Source: Turneriella sp.
Lineage (GTDB): Bacteria; Spirochaetota; Leptospiria; Turneriellales; Turneriellaceae
Direction: 5' to 3'
DNA length: 64,000 nt
NCBI GenBank assembly: GCA_965279515.1
Contig: CBDIID010000003.1
Location: forward strand, 1,248,001 to 1,312,000
The translations under genes were made by a program, and so were the position numbers. A model generated the notes under the pieces. That model made no database searches, was not told the DNA's origin, and saw only the letters and a program-made list of their open reading frames with translations. Positions 11,177 through 21,878 of the stretch are shown in pieces. How positions within the stretch are numbered: the stretch's first letter is position 1; every line of letters begins with the position of its first letter.

Positions 11177-11569
11177 TTAGTAGATCCGGCAGAGAAATTC
11201 GCCACCGACATGCTGGAACTTTGCTTCTTTCTCAGAAAGCACTCCCTTCGGTGTGGAAAAAATACTCAAACCCATGTTGTTACGCGTAGGTTTGATCTCT
11301 TTCCATGGCAGGTAAATGCGGCGGCCGGGTTTTGAAATTCTTTCAATTGCCGAGAACACAGCTTTGTTTTCATAATATCTGAGGTCGATCTTCGCCATGC
11401 GCGCCGCACCGCTCTTAAAGACAACAAATCCTTCTACAAAACCTTCGGATTTGAGAATCCCGAGAATCTTCTCGCAGGTATTGTTGATACGCACTTCTAC
11501 GTTTTCATGATTCGCGCGTCCGGCGTTCCGGATTCGCGTTAACATATCTGATATTAAATCGTTTGTCAT
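11177..11569 (-). CDS. rpsH: 30S ribosomal protein S8
   Basis: DMLTRIRNA, RISKPGRRIY, STPKGV, VGGE. Confidence 0.98.
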   Translation of the reverse strand: MTNDLISDMLTRIRNAGRANHENVEVRINNTCEKILGILKSEGFVEGFVVFKSGAARMAKIDLRYYENKAVFSAIERISKPGRRIYLPWKEIKPTRNNMGLSIFSTPKGVLSEKEAKFQHVGGEFLCRIY

Positions 11570-11576
11570 AATATTC

Positions 11577-11762
11577 TCACCAAGAAGATTTGCTTACACC
11601 GGGAATGAGTCCGCGTGATGCATTTTCACGGAAACAGATACGGCACATCTCGAAACGGCGCATGTAGCCGTGCGCGCGACCGCAGAGCGGGCAACGGTTG
11701 TAACCGCGGGACGTAAATTTTGGCTTACGCGCCGCTTTGATTTCCATTGATTTCTTTGCCAT
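11577..11762 (-). CDS. rpsN: 30S ribosomal protein S14 (type Z, zinc-binding)
   Basis: 61 aa, RCPLCGR...CRICFRE...PGVSKSSW. Confidence 0.97.
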   Translation of the reverse strand: MAKKSMEIKAARKPKFTSRGYNRCPLCGRAHGYMRRFEMCRICFRENASRGLIPGVSKSSW

Positions 11763-11767
11763 AAGTC

Positions 11768-12340
11768 CTATTTACCTTTCCGAATCGGAAAATTGAATTT
11801 TTCGAGCAGTTTTGCCGAATGCGCTGCGCCTTCGGATTGAATCACCAGGGTCACATCCATACCGTGGATCTGTTCCACGTCATCGAATGTAATCTCGGGG
11901 AAAATGATCTGCTCTTTGATACCAAGGCTGTAGTTGCCGCGCGCGTCGAATGACTTCGGGCTCAGGCCGTTAAAGTCACGAACCCGCGGCAGGGCCACGT
12001 TGACGAGGCGGTCGAGGAATTCATACATACGGTCGCCACGCAGTGTGACTGTCACACCAATCGCGAGGCCTTCGCGCAGTTTGAAGTTCGAGATCGCTTC
12101 TTTCGCGCGCGTCTTAACCGGTGCCTGACCGGTGATGGCTGCTATTTCGGTTACGACGCCCTCGATCGATTTGGGATTCGCTACCGCAAAGCCCGCTCCG
12201 ACATTCAAAACGATCTTCTTTAATACAGGAACCTGCATGACTGAGCGTACGCCCAGCTCTTGCTTGAGTTCACCGCGGATCTTCTCGTTGTAGAGTTTTC
12301 TTAAACGAGGCTGAGGTCTTGTTGCTGTTGCCGTTGCCAT
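11768..12340 (-). CDS. rplE: 50S ribosomal protein L5
   Basis: [28 protein letters not shown]. Confidence 0.98.
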   Translation of the reverse strand: MATATATRPQPRLRKLYNEKIRGELKQELGVRSVMQVPVLKKIVLNVGAGFAVANPKSIEGVVTEIAAITGQAPVKTRAKEAISNFKLREGLAIGVTVTLRGDRMYEFLDRLVNVALPRVRDFNGLSPKSFDARGNYSLGIKEQIIFPEITFDDVEQIHGMDVTLVIQSEGAAHSAKLLEKFNFPIRKGK

Positions 12341-12343
12341 ATA

Positions 12344-12688
12344 TTAATCCAATGCCCGCTTGCGCTCTGATGCTACGGAGAACCGGGCTTTTTTGCCGTT
12401 TTTATCCGCTGCATATGAAATGCGTGTGGCCTTTTTTTCTTTAGAATCGTAGTATTGAACGTTAGAAAGCGCAATTGGCATTTCGATTTCGACGATGCCA
12501 CCTTTTGGGTTTTCCTGCGATGGACGTGAGAAACGTTTTCTCAGGTTCACACCTTTGATGACGATTTGTTCTTTCTCGCGGTCAATGCGCAGAATCTCGC
12601 CGCGCGACTTCTTGTGTTTGCCAGCGATGACAATCACTTCGTCTTTGACTTTGAGGCGTGTTTTGATTTTTTCAGGAGCCGCTTTCAT
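12344..12688 (-). CDS. rplX: 50S ribosomal protein L24
   Basis: DEVIVIAGKHK, GGIVEIEMPIALSNV. Confidence 0.96.
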   Translation of the reverse strand: MKAAPEKIKTRLKVKDEVIVIAGKHKKSRGEILRIDREKEQIVIKGVNLRKRFSRPSQENPKGGIVEIEMPIALSNVQYYDSKEKKATRISYAADKNGKKARFSVASERKRALD

Positions 12689-12690
12689 AA

Positions 12691-13083
12691 TTACAGTACC
12701 TCAGGTGCCAGGGAGATGATCTTCATAAACTGGCGGTCGCGCAATTCACGCGCCACAGGTCCGAAGATACGCGTTCCTTTCGGGTTGTTCTGGTTGTCGA
12801 TGAGAGCGCAGGCGTTCTCGTCGAAACGGATATAAGAGCCATCGGCGCGGCGCAGTTCTTTTTTCGTGCGTACGATGACCGCGCGCTGGACCTGTTTCTT
12901 GTGGTCCTTTTTACCCATAGAGTCTTTGATACCGTATGCGGGTGTCGCCGACTTCACCGCGACGACGATGATATCACCGACGCCTGCGTAGCGCTTCTTA
13001 GAACCACCCAATACTTTAATCAGTTGAACCTGGCGCGCTCCGGTGTTATCCGCAACTTTCAGCCATGAGAGCATTTGTAACAT
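12691..13083 (-). CDS. rplN: 50S ribosomal protein L14
   Basis: [34 protein letters not shown]. Confidence 0.98.
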   Translation of the reverse strand: MLQMLSWLKVADNTGARQVQLIKVLGGSKKRYAGVGDIIVVAVKSATPAYGIKDSMGKKDHKKQVQRAVIVRTKKELRRADGSYIRFDENACALIDNQNNPKGTRIFGPVARELRDRQFMKIISLAPEVL

Positions 13084-13086
13084 AGT

Positions 13087-13371
13087 TTATCCTACCACCG
13101 GCAGGTCTTCTGCCTTACGCGCGACAATTTTCTGCAGCGCATAGCGCTTGCGTTTTGAATGCGGGCGCGATTCTTCGATCACGACTGTATCGCCCTCTTT
13201 CGCCTCTGTCTTTTCATCATGCGCCATGATTTTTTTAGTCTGGCGGATGGTTTTCTTAAAATGCGCGTCTTGTTTGCGGAACGCGATCGACACAACGATT
13301 GTTTTGGGAGTTTTTGCCGAAACAACAATCCCCTGGACCGTCTTTTTTGCTTTTTTTACTGCTTCACTCAT
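13087..13371 (-). CDS. rpsQ: 30S ribosomal protein S17
   Basis: GIVVSAKTPKTIVV, AHDE, GDTVVIEESRPHSKRKR. Confidence 0.96.
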   Translation of the reverse strand: MSEAVKKAKKTVQGIVVSAKTPKTIVVSIAFRKQDAHFKKTIRQTKKIMAHDEKTEAKEGDTVVIEESRPHSKRKRYALQKIVARKAEDLPVVG

Positions 13372-13619
13372 GCTTTAACCGCCGCCTGGCTGCCCGTTGC
13401 AGCTTGATTCTTGCGCTGGTTTTGCACCGTCAGAATGCGCGCAATGTCTTTCTTAAGAATACCGACGCGGGCGTTGTTCGTGTATGATGACGTCACCATG
13501 CTGAACCGGATTTCCTGGAGTTCTTTGCGAAAATCGCCGTGGTAACGCGCGAGTTCCGCCTCGGTCAGCTCTGAGAAATTGACCTTTTTAGTCGCTTTTT
13601 TCTTTTCCGCTTTAGCCAT
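13368..13619 (-). CDS. rpmC: 50S ribosomal protein L29
   Basis: KELQEIRF...KKDIARILTV; start reassigned to the ATG at 13619 (MAKAEKKK). Confidence 0.9.
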   Translation of the reverse strand: MAKAEKKKATKKVNFSELTEAELARYHGDFRKELQEIRFSMVTSSYTNNARVGILKKDIARILTVQNQRKNQAATGSQAAVKA

Positions 13620-13667
13620 GGGAGACGTCCATTTTCTGATTTTTAGACATACCGTCAATCAGTCTGG

Positions 13668-14078
13668 TCACTTGGCCCTCTTGACGATCTTGGTCTTAAT
13701 AGGCAGCTTCGCGGCCGCACGTGTCAGCGCTTCTGCCATCACTTTTTCTTCCGCGCCGCCCATTTCAAACATGACTTTGCCCGGTTTTACGATCGCTACG
13801 TAGTATTCCACGCTTCCTTTACCTTTACCCTGGCGGGTTTCGGCGGGTTTGCTGGTTACCGGGCGATCGGGAAAAATGCGGATCCAGACTTTGGCGCCAC
13901 GGCGCACGTGGCGCATCATGGCTACCCGGGCAGCTTCGATCTGGCGCGAGGTAATGCGCTCGCCTGAGACCGCCTTAAGGCCCATGTCTCCGAAAGCAAC
14001 GGAATTGCCGCCCTTCGAGAAGCCCCTCAGGTTCAGCGTGTGTGGCTTACGCCATTTGAGTCGTTTTGGTGCCAGCAT
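13668..14078 (-). CDS. rplP: 50S ribosomal protein L16
   Basis: [32 protein letters not shown]. Confidence 0.98.
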   Translation of the reverse strand: MLAPKRLKWRKPHTLNLRGFSKGGNSVAFGDMGLKAVSGERITSRQIEAARVAMMRHVRRGAKVWIRIFPDRPVTSKPAETRQGKGKGSVEYYVAIVKPGKVMFEMGGAEEKVMAEALTRAAAKLPIKTKIVKRAK

Positions 14079-14087
14079 GATTAATCC

Positions 14088-14765
14088 TTATGCCTCGCGG
14101 CGCTTGATCGTGTATTTGTCCTCGTCGGTTTCTTTCGATTCGAGGTAGTCGCCCGTATAAATCCAGACTTTGACGCCGATCTTACCGAATGTGGTATCAG
14201 CTTCTGCCGTACCGTAGTCGATGATCGCACGCAATGTATGCAGGGGAACGCGGCCTTCGAGGTACTGCTCGCGGCGCGCCATATCGGCACCGTTAAGTCG
14301 ACCCGAAACCATCACGCGCACGCCGAGCGCACCAGCGCGGATTGCCGAGCGCAGGGCCATCTTCATCGCACGGCGGAAAGCCATACGGTCTTCGAGCTGC
14401 AGCGCCACTGATTCGGCTAATGCCTGGGCAGAGCCATCGGGCTTAGCCACTTCAATGATTTTGACTTCGAGCGGCTTCGTCACCATCGTGCGCAGCGTCG
14501 CTTTCAGGGCTTCGATCTTCTTGCCTTGCTGGCCGATGACCAGACCTGGCTTAGTGCTGTGGAGTTTAACGTGCACTTTCTCAGGAAAGCGCTCGATCCC
14601 CACTTTCACAATACCACTTTTGTTAAAACGGTCTTTGATGTGCTTACGGATCTTCAGGTCTTCATGCAGCGTCGCCGCATAAGTTTCTTTTTTGTGATAC
14701 CAGACGCTGTCCCATGTGCGGGTAATTTTAAGGCGCAGGCCGATTGGATTTGTTTTCTGTCCCAT
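14088..14765 (-). CDS. rpsC: 30S ribosomal protein S3
   Basis: [36 protein letters not shown]. Confidence 0.98.
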   Translation of the reverse strand: MGQKTNPIGLRLKITRTWDSVWYHKKETYAATLHEDLKIRKHIKDRFNKSGIVKVGIERFPEKVHVKLHSTKPGLVIGQQGKKIEALKATLRTMVTKPLEVKIIEVAKPDGSAQALAESVALQLEDRMAFRRAMKMALRSAIRAGALGVRVMVSGRLNGADMARREQYLEGRVPLHTLRAIIDYGTAEADTTFGKIGVKVWIYTGDYLESKETDEDKYTIKRREA

Positions 14766-14771
14766 TGCTTA

Positions 14772-15110
14772 TTAACCTTCGTCTGACAGTACGATTGTCA
14801 GTTTGGATGTCTTCTTTTGAATACGATCGGCGCGACCGCGCGCCCGCGGCATGAAACGTTTCATGAGCGGGCCACCGTCGACAAAGATCTTCTTGATAAA
14901 GAGAGCACGTTCATCGACGCCGGGGTTGATCACGCGCGCATTAGCCGCCGCGCTGATTAGCGCTTTGAGAATGATGCGTGAACTCTTGCGCGGGATATGT
15001 TTGAGGATATCCACCGCTTCTGGGTATTCGTAACCACGCACTTCGTTCGCCACAAGACGCATCTTGCGCGCGGACATTCTGACCTGGTCTACTGAGGCTT
15101 TTGATTCCAT
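14772..15110 (-). CDS. rplV: 50S ribosomal protein L22
   Basis: RMSARKMRLVA, SAAANA, VDGGPLMKRFMPRARGRA. Confidence 0.98.
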   Translation of the reverse strand: MESKASVDQVRMSARKMRLVANEVRGYEYPEAVDILKHIPRKSSRIILKALISAAANARVINPGVDERALFIKKIFVDGGPLMKRFMPRARGRADRIQKKTSKLTIVLSDEG

Positions 15111-15121
15111 CTATATCCCCG

Positions 15122-15418
15122 TTATTTAGGCGGCGCAGAGGGCGCGGCTTTTTTCTTATCGAGGCTGGTATGGCCTTTGTATGTGCGTGTCGGCGCAAAT
15201 TCACCGAGTTTATGGCCGACAACGTTTTCATTCACGTAAACGGGAATGAATTTGCTCCCGTTATGCACGAGGAATGTCATGCCTACCATTTCAGGAAAGA
15301 TTGTCGAACGGCGCGACCATGTTTTGATCGGCTTTTTATCGTTCGTCGCCTTCGCCTTTTCAACTTTCTTGAAAAGGTGTTGGTCGATAAAAGGACCTTT
15401 TTTCAGTGAGCGAGACAT
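15122..15418 (-). CDS. rpsS: 30S ribosomal protein S19
   Basis: [31 protein letters not shown]. Confidence 0.98.
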   Translation of the reverse strand: MSRSLKKGPFIDQHLFKKVEKAKATNDKKPIKTWSRRSTIFPEMVGMTFLVHNGSKFIPVYVNENVVGHKLGEFAPTRTYKGHTSLDKKKAAPSAPPK

Positions 15419-16260
15419 TATTCACCACCTCGTGTGCGTACTTTACGCGAGACAATGAAACGTTCCGATGTCTTGCGCTTATTGCGTGTTTTTTTACCGC
15501 GTGTTGGCTTACCCCATGGCGTCACCGGATGGCGACCGCCCGAAGTTTTACCTTCACCACCACCCAATGGGTGGTCGACCGGGTTCATCGCCACACCGCG
15601 TACGCGGGGACGTTTGCCAAGCCAGCGTGAGCGGCCGGCTTTTCCGATCGATACAAGTTCGTGCTCATGGTTACCCACAACGCCAATCGTCGCGATGCAA
15701 CGGTTGTGCACTTTGCGCGTTTCACCAGAAGGCAGTTTGACGATGGTATATTCACCATCGCGCCCTGAGATGATCGCAAATGCACCCGCAGAGCGTGCGA
15801 GCTGTGCGCCACGGCCGAGTGTCAGTTCGATGTTGTGGACGTTGGCGCCGATCGGCAGCGTGCCGATGGGAGCAGCATTGCCGATCTCGATCTCGACCTT
15901 CTCGCCTGAGACGATCTTCTGACCAACTTTAAGGCCTTTTGGTGCGATGATATAAGAACGCGCACCGTCTGCATAACAGACCAAGGCGATGTTCGCAGAG
16001 CGGTTCGGGTCGTATTCGATGGTTTCAACCACAGCAGGGATGTTCAGCTTGTTGCGGCGGAAATCGATGATGCGGTAACGGCGTTTGTGTCCGCCACCCC
16101 GGCGACGCACAGTAATGCGGCCATGGTTGTTGCGGCCCGCAGTTTCTTTGAGGTAGGTCAGGAGCGGCTTATGCGGCTCTGACGCTGTTACTTCATCCGA
16201 CTGGAGAACCGTTTTGTAACGGAGTGTCGGGGTTTTCGGTCTGAATCTCTTAATTGGCAT
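15418..16260 (-). CDS. rplB: 50S ribosomal protein L2
   Basis: [34 protein letters not shown]. Confidence 0.99.
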   Translation of the reverse strand: MPIKRFRPKTPTLRYKTVLQSDEVTASEPHKPLLTYLKETAGRNNHGRITVRRRGGGHKRRYRIIDFRRNKLNIPAVVETIEYDPNRSANIALVCYADGARSYIIAPKGLKVGQKIVSGEKVEIEIGNAAPIGTLPIGANVHNIELTLGRGAQLARSAGAFAIISGRDGEYTIVKLPSGETRKVHNRCIATIGVVGNHEHELVSIGKAGRSRWLGKRPRVRGVAMNPVDHPLGGGEGKTSGGRHPVTPWGKPTRGKKTRNKRKTSERFIVSRKVRTRGGE

Positions 16261-16262
16261 CG

Positions 16263-16547
16263 TTATACCCCTTCGAAAAGAGCGATTTTATCGTTCTTGT
16301 TTAAATAGACATACGCTTTCTTACGGCGATCTGTATAGCCGACATTGAATTTGTTGGCTTTAGCATCCGAACGGCTCACCAGCGTGTTCACCTTAAGGGG
16401 TGTTACGCCGAAAATCTTGCGGATTGCTTGTTTCACCAGCGTTTTGTTCGCGTTGATATTGACCTCGAACACGTAGCAGTTTTGAGCGCGCAGTGCCTCT
16501 GCTTTTTCAGAGACGAGCGGCTTTTTAATGACATCGTACAGATTCAT
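16263..16547 (-). CDS. rplW: 50S ribosomal protein L23
   Basis: PLVSEKA, YVFEV, KVNTL, KKAYV. Confidence 0.96.
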   Translation of the reverse strand: MNLYDVIKKPLVSEKAEALRAQNCYVFEVNINANKTLVKQAIRKIFGVTPLKVNTLVSRSDAKANKFNVGYTDRRKKAYVYLNKNDKIALFEGV

Positions 16548-16555
16548 ATTTCCTC

Positions 16556-17251
16556 TTATAATAATGCCGAGAACTTCTTATCGAGTTCGGCGAGTGCTGC
16601 CTTGCTGACCACGAGGCCTGCGTTATAGAACAGCGCTGTTGCAGGAATGCGCGACGCATTGACTGCTTTCACCCAGGGAATATTGCGCAGCGACGCTGCA
16701 TCTTTGCTTTCTGTCGAAGCCATGATGACGGCGATCGAGTGGCGGGCATCGTTGCTGTTCTTACGCAGCTTCTTCTTGGAACGGCCTTCTGTTTGCAGCT
16801 TAGCACCTTCGGTGATCTTGCTGATTGTCTGGAATGCAGTCTTTGTCGAAGCTTTTTCGAGGTTAAGACCATCATATACGACAACCATTTTATCCTGAAC
16901 TTTTTTCGCGAGAATGTGCGCTACGCCGACTTGTTTCTTCTGGCGTGAGATCGAATCACGGTATTCGCGTGGCAGGGGCCCGAACACGATACCGCCGTGG
17001 CGCCACTGCGGCGAACGGATTGAACCCTGGCGCGCATTACCTGTGCCTTTTTGTTTCCACGGCTTTTTACCGCCGCCCGAAACTTCGGCCTTGGTCTTCG
17101 TCTTGTGCGTGCCCTGGCGTTGGTTCGCCTGCTCTGCCTTGATGACTTCCCAGATCAGGTGTTCGTTCACCTTGAGGGATGCAATCTTGTCAGAGATCTG
17201 TGCGTCGCCAGAGGCTGAGCCGGTGGCGGAATATGCTTTCAGTGATGCCAT
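16556..17251 (-). CDS. rplD: 50S ribosomal protein L4
   Basis: RQGTHKTK, GGGKKPWKQKGTGNARQGSIRSPQWRHGG. Confidence 0.98.
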   Translation of the reverse strand: MASLKAYSATGSASGDAQISDKIASLKVNEHLIWEVIKAEQANQRQGTHKTKTKAEVSGGGKKPWKQKGTGNARQGSIRSPQWRHGGIVFGPLPREYRDSISRQKKQVGVAHILAKKVQDKMVVVYDGLNLEKASTKTAFQTISKITEGAKLQTEGRSKKKLRKNSNDARHSIAVIMASTESKDAASLRNIPWVKAVNASRIPATALFYNAGLVVSKAALAELDKKFSALL

Positions 17252-17260
17252 TGTTATACC

Positions 17261-17887
17261 TTAATTTTTATAGAGAAACAGCGTCGTGCCCTGGTGACCT
17301 GGCACCGCTCCCTTGAGCAGTACGACGTTATCTTCGGGGATAATGCGGAAGATTTCAACGTTTTTCACTGTCGCTGTCTTTGCACCTTTATGACCAGGCA
17401 TCTTTTTGCCTTTCATAACCTCACCTGGAGTCTTGCGGTTACCGATAGATCCGGGCTGGCGGTGAAATTTTGAACCGTGCGACATACGACCGCCGCCAAA
17501 TTTGTAGCGCTTCACAACGCCGGCGAAACCCTTACCTTTGCTGGTACCAGCGACATAGATCTTTTCGCCCGCGGCGAAAAGTTCACAGGTCAGCGAATCG
17601 CCGGCCTGTTTGTCGGTGTTAAAATCGCGCAGCTCGATCGCTTCGCGAACGAACTTGCCTGATTTTTCTTTTGCAGCTTTCTGATGGCCCTTCTCCGCTT
17701 TGCTGACCAGTTTCTCGGCGATATCGCCAAAACCAATCTGCACGGATGAATAACCGTCTTTTTCTTTCGTCTTCACCTGCAGCACGGGACAGGGTCCTGC
17801 CTGCACCGCGGTGACGGCGACTTGTTCACCAGCATCGCTCCAAACACTGAGCATGCCGATTTTTTTTGCGAGAAGACCCTTTTGCAT
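17261..17887 (-). CDS. rplC: 50S ribosomal protein L3
   Basis: KKIGM, DGYSSVQIG, SKGKGFAG, HRQPGSIG, KGAVPG. Confidence 0.98.
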   Translation of the reverse strand: MQKGLLAKKIGMLSVWSDAGEQVAVTAVQAGPCPVLQVKTKEKDGYSSVQIGFGDIAEKLVSKAEKGHQKAAKEKSGKFVREAIELRDFNTDKQAGDSLTCELFAAGEKIYVAGTSKGKGFAGVVKRYKFGGGRMSHGSKFHRQPGSIGNRKTPGEVMKGKKMPGHKGAKTATVKNVEIFRIIPEDNVVLLKGAVPGHQGTTLFLYKN

Positions 17888-17922
17888 TTTATTCCCTTAA
17901 TTTCGCCTTTTTCTTATCTTAA

Positions 17923-18231
17923 TTAGGACTTGATATAGACCATCACGCCCGCTGGAAGCTGGAGCTTCATCAGGGCATCGATGGTGTCTTCTGTCGGTTC
18001 AAGGATGTCGATCAGTCGTGAATGCGTGCGCATTTCGTACTGATCGCGTGCATCTTTGTACACGAACGTCGAACGGAGGACAGTGAATTTTTCAATTCGT
18101 GTCGGCAGTGGCACCGGACCCGCGATTTTCGCGCGGGTACGCTGTACTGTGCCGACGATGTCTCCCGTCGACTGATCTAACAGCCGCTGGTCGAACGACT
18201 TGAGTTTAACGCGTATCTTTTGAGCGGCCAT
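17923..18231 (-). CDS. rpsJ: 30S ribosomal protein S10
   Basis: [29 protein letters not shown]. Confidence 0.98.
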   Translation of the reverse strand: MAAQKIRVKLKSFDQRLLDQSTGDIVGTVQRTRAKIAGPVPLPTRIEKFTVLRSTFVYKDARDQYEMRTHSRLIDILEPTEDTIDALMKLQLPAGVMVYIKS

Positions 18232-18239
18232 TTTAATCC

Positions 18240-19445
18240 TTATTCGAGAATCTTACCGACGACGCCGGCACCGATCGTACGGCCACCTTCACGAATCGCG
18301 AAACGAAGACCTTCTTCCATCGCGATCGGGTTGATGAGCTCAGCTGTGATCGTTACGTTGTCACCGGGGTTTACCATTTCAACGCCTGTGGGCAGGTTGA
18401 CGGTACCAGTTACGTCTGTTGTTCTGAAGTAGAACTGTGGACGGTATTTGTCAAAGAACGGAGTGTGGCGGCCGCCCTCGTCTTTTGTGAGAACGAGAAC
18501 TTCACCGGAGAACTTCTTGTGAGGCTTCACGGTGCCTGGTTTTACGATAACCTGGCCACGTTCTACGTCTTCTTTCTTTGTACCACGGAGGAGCAAACCT
18601 ACGTTGTCGCCCGCCTGACCGAAGTCGAGGAGCTTGCGGAACATTTCGATACCGGTTACGATGGTCTTCTGCGTATCGCGGATGCCAACGATTTCAATCT
18701 CTTCGTTCACGTTTACCTTACCGCGCTCAACACGACCTGTACAAACTGTACCACGGCCTGTGATCGAGAACACGTCTTCGATAGGCATCAGGAACGGTTT
18801 GTCGACAACGCGTACCGGATCTTTTACATATGCATCGAGTGTTTCTGCAAGTTTCAGAATTGCGCCTTCGCCGAGTTCGCCTGTGTCGCCTTCAACGGCC
18901 TTAAGGCCTGAACCAGCAACAAAGGGCACTTCGCCACCTGGGAAGCCGTATTTTGTCAACAGGTCGCGGACTTCCATCTCAACGAGCTCTTGCATTTCTT
19001 TACGGTCGCCTTCGGGCAGCATGTCGACTTTATTAAGGAAGACAACGATCTGGGGAACACCCACCTGCTTAGCGAGAAGGATGTGCTCACGAGTCTGTGG
19101 CATCGGGCCGTCAACGGCTGAAACTACGAGAATCGCTGCGTCCATCTGAGCAGCACCGGTGATCATGTTCTTCACATAGTCGGCGTGGCCGGGGCAGTCA
19201 ACGTGTGCGTAGTGACGGTTCGCTGTTTCGTATTCCTGGTGCGATGTCGCAATGGTGATACCGCGTGCACGCTCTTCTGGAGCGTTATCGATCTCAGCGT
19301 ATGATACCGCTTTGTTCTTTCCGCCGAATTTGCGTGCAAGCACCGTAGTGATCGCCGCTGTCAGCGTGGTTTTGCCGTGGTCAACGTGGCCGATTGTGCC
19401 TACGTTTACGTGCGTTTTACTTCTATCAAATTTCTCTTTTGCCAT
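18240..19445 (-). CDS. tuf: elongation factor Tu
   Basis: [35 protein letters not shown]. Confidence 0.99.
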   Translation of the reverse strand: MAKEKFDRSKTHVNVGTIGHVDHGKTTLTAAITTVLARKFGGKNKAVSYAEIDNAPEERARGITIATSHQEYETANRHYAHVDCPGHADYVKNMITGAAQMDAAILVVSAVDGPMPQTREHILLAKQVGVPQIVVFLNKVDMLPEGDRKEMQELVEMEVRDLLTKYGFPGGEVPFVAGSGLKAVEGDTGELGEGAILKLAETLDAYVKDPVRVVDKPFLMPIEDVFSITGRGTVCTGRVERGKVNVNEEIEIVGIRDTQKTIVTGIEMFRKLLDFGQAGDNVGLLLRGTKKEDVERGQVIVKPGTVKPHKKFSGEVLVLTKDEGGRHTPFFDKYRPQFYFRTTDVTGTVNLPTGVEMVNPGDNVTITAELINPIAMEEGLRFAIREGGRTIGAGVVGKILE

Positions 19446-19740
19446 TTACGTTCTCCTCAATATATTTGGCTCTGCCGCATACAGCACCCTGAGCAGACCG
19501 CTTGCGATCTGCATGGGCCGTCTACACGACAAAGCCTCAAATGTTAAAAGTTCGCACTGGTTTTGTGATCCAGGCCCGAAACACAGCTTTTACTATGCGC
19601 GAGCCACCAAGTACAGGCAGTCAGTTTTTGAGATTGCGTCATGGTGACAATAAAAATAGGATTTCCAGCACCCCGGAATGCATTTTTTCGCAGCGCTGGG
19701 GAAAAAATCCCGTGATTATGTCACATAAACAGCATGCGGC

Positions 19741-20508
19741 CTAATCAGGGACGACGGGGAGCTGTGTTCCCGAACCGAAACGATACCCTATAGAAAGGCT
19801 AAATGTATGCCCGGTGAGCGTGGCAATATTGGTACCAGATGTCAATCCCGGAAAAAAGGAGAAGCCGCCGAAAAACTCAGCCATTCCGCGATATTCCAGC
19901 ATGATGCGCATTGTCTCCATGGGCAGATACTGCAGGCCAAAGCGAAGCATCGCATGAAAACCGACCCCACTGGTATCAGAAACGCTTTCGCCGCCTGAAG
20001 CAACAGTATACTTAGCCTTGCCACCGCTGAGGCCAGCAACAAAGCCCATTTCATAACCAAAAGACGAACTGACAGGCATATGCCAGCCGAGGTGAAACGA
20101 GCCACGGATTACCTGCAACGAGGGCGAATTCGATTCCGCAGCTGCAACCGCATTCTGCGCCGTGATTTTTTTATCAGCGTCCCATTTAGTGTATTTCCAG
20201 GTAGAATCGGCCGCTGCCTGCCCGATCGTTCCGCTGATCTCTCCCCCGATAATAAAGAAACCGTCTGCTTTCGGCCGGTAGTTGGAATACCGCAGGCCCA
20301 TGAAAACATTCTCGCGCAAATAAATTGTTTCCGGAGTTTCAAACTTTGTAGTGCCCGCGCCGATCAGGTAACTCTGCCGGCTGAATCCAGCCCAGGAAAA
20401 ACCAGAGCCGCCTATGGCGTCGACTACATGAAAAGAAAACAACGGCGATACAGCGCCGAAAAAGATCACAGATGCGACACCGCGCAGGAAAAAATCAGTC
20501 TTTCTCAT
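19741..20508 (-). CDS. exported protein, probable small outer-membrane beta-barrel
   Basis: Signal-like N-terminus; alternating hydrophobic strands (GFHAMLRFGLQY, FSLSIGYRF). Confidence 0.55.
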   Translation of the reverse strand: MRKTDFFLRGVASVIFFGAVSPLFSFHVVDAIGGSGFSWAGFSRQSYLIGAGTTKFETPETIYLRENVFMGLRYSNYRPKADGFFIIGGEISGTIGQAAADSTWKYTKWDADKKITAQNAVAAAESNSPSLQVIRGSFHLGWHMPVSSSFGYEMGFVAGLSGGKAKYTVASGGESVSDTSGVGFHAMLRFGLQYLPMETMRIMLEYRGMAEFFGGFSFFPGLTSGTNIATLTGHTFSLSIGYRFGSGTQLPVVPD

Positions 20509-21764
20509 CTCCCCTCCTCGTCTTTCTTAAAAAGAAAACTGCATAACAGATTATTGCGCGCATCGGCATCGCCATAACGGATCTTCGCCGCTTCGAATAG
20601 ATCTGCGTCGGCCAGATCATATCGTTTCGCGCGCGAGTGGGCCACACCGCGGTTGATGCGCGCTTGCCAGTAACCGGGATACAACCTCAGCGACTCCGAG
20701 AAGTCGGCAAGCGCTTCTTCATGGCGACCGAGGCGTGCGAGCGCATCGCCACGCGAACAAAGAAACATCGCGTTTGCCGGCGATGCGCTGACAAGCTTGT
20801 TGAGTTCTTCGAGGGCAACATCATAATCGCCGCGCGCCGCCGCCTCACCATACTTTTCATATAAGGGATCACGGCGCCCGGTGAGAGCAGCTTCATCATC
20901 GGGTAGAAAACGCGCGGCCATCGCCTGCAGCGCAGGGGAAAGCGCCGCTTCAAAAAATGCCGCGGCTTCACGGTAAGCCAATGCTTCATCGCGGTTCTGG
21001 GGTTCGATGCCCTGCTCTACACAATATGCCGCGGCAACCAGGCGGATAAAATAATTCTGCGAGCGTGCCAGGGAGCGCAAAAAGGGTCTTACCGCATTTC
21101 GATCGGATACCTGCGGTGCACGTTCAGCAAGTTTCCGCAAATTATATTCAGCCTTCTCATTCATTTGAAATCCCAGCGGCGGCCAGACCAGGGCCGAAAC
21201 GATCATACGAGCATCATCTGCTGTCAGGCCAGGCGGCAGGTTGACCTGCTTCAAGGTATCTTCAACCAACCAGGGCACGACGCGGTCGAGGTGATCGCGC
21301 TTGCGGCCGATCATATCGTGGTCCGCTTCTGCCCACTCCTGGTTTTGCGCAAGCGTCGCGAAGGCATAGTACGGCAATGCGGCCTTGCCCAGCACAGGCG
21401 AGCCCAGCCAATAGAGGCCGTAGAACATCGGTTGTTTCGTTTCGGGCGAGACAACGCGGGGGATATCCACATCGGTAGAAAATTTATAACGCATGTTCCG
21501 GCATTCGATGGTATTGCCGGTGCGCACCAATGGGATGTCCATCGCTCGAAAGGCAGCCGCGAAAAAATCGGCCATATAGGTTTTCAGCCAATCGACATGC
21601 CGCGGCCAGGCAGGCATGCGCCGCACGGTTTCGAGAACACGCTCGATACCCCAGAGTGAAGCAAAACTGCCATCGAGCCGGTATACTCCCAACCGCTTCT
21701 CCAGTTCTTCCCGGTCCGGAATTTCCAAGGCAGGGTTGAATATCCCTGGGGAGCCGGTCGGCAA
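20505..21764 (-). CDS. tetratricopeptide-repeat protein
   Basis: C-terminal TPRs (RGDALARLGRHEEALADFSESLRLYP; NRGVAHSRAKRYDLA); stop overlaps the next gene's start. Confidence 0.75.
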   Translation of the reverse strand: MPTGSPGIFNPALEIPDREELEKRLGVYRLDGSFASLWGIERVLETVRRMPAWPRHVDWLKTYMADFFAAAFRAMDIPLVRTGNTIECRNMRYKFSTDVDIPRVVSPETKQPMFYGLYWLGSPVLGKAALPYYAFATLAQNQEWAEADHDMIGRKRDHLDRVVPWLVEDTLKQVNLPPGLTADDARMIVSALVWPPLGFQMNEKAEYNLRKLAERAPQVSDRNAVRPFLRSLARSQNYFIRLVAAAYCVEQGIEPQNRDEALAYREAAAFFEAALSPALQAMAARFLPDDEAALTGRRDPLYEKYGEAAARGDYDVALEELNKLVSASPANAMFLCSRGDALARLGRHEEALADFSESLRLYPGYWQARINRGVAHSRAKRYDLADADLFEAAKIRYGDADARNNLLCSFLFKKDEEGR

Positions 21765-21878
21765 CCATAATATTTATAATACTTAAGGAAGAAAAATTGC
21801 CAATTATCCGGGAATCTTATATTTTTATTAAACTTTTGGCGCTGCTTAAGCGTCTAAATCGTAGATATTACCGACCGT

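Noticed and set aside
86..19647. Many long plus-strand ORFs across the ribosomal operon and alaS
   Set aside because: Antisense shadows of highly conserved minus-strand genes in GC-rich DNA.
19446..19740. tRNA genes upstream of tuf
   Set aside because: No T-loop GTTCRA or cloverleaf recognisable on either strand.
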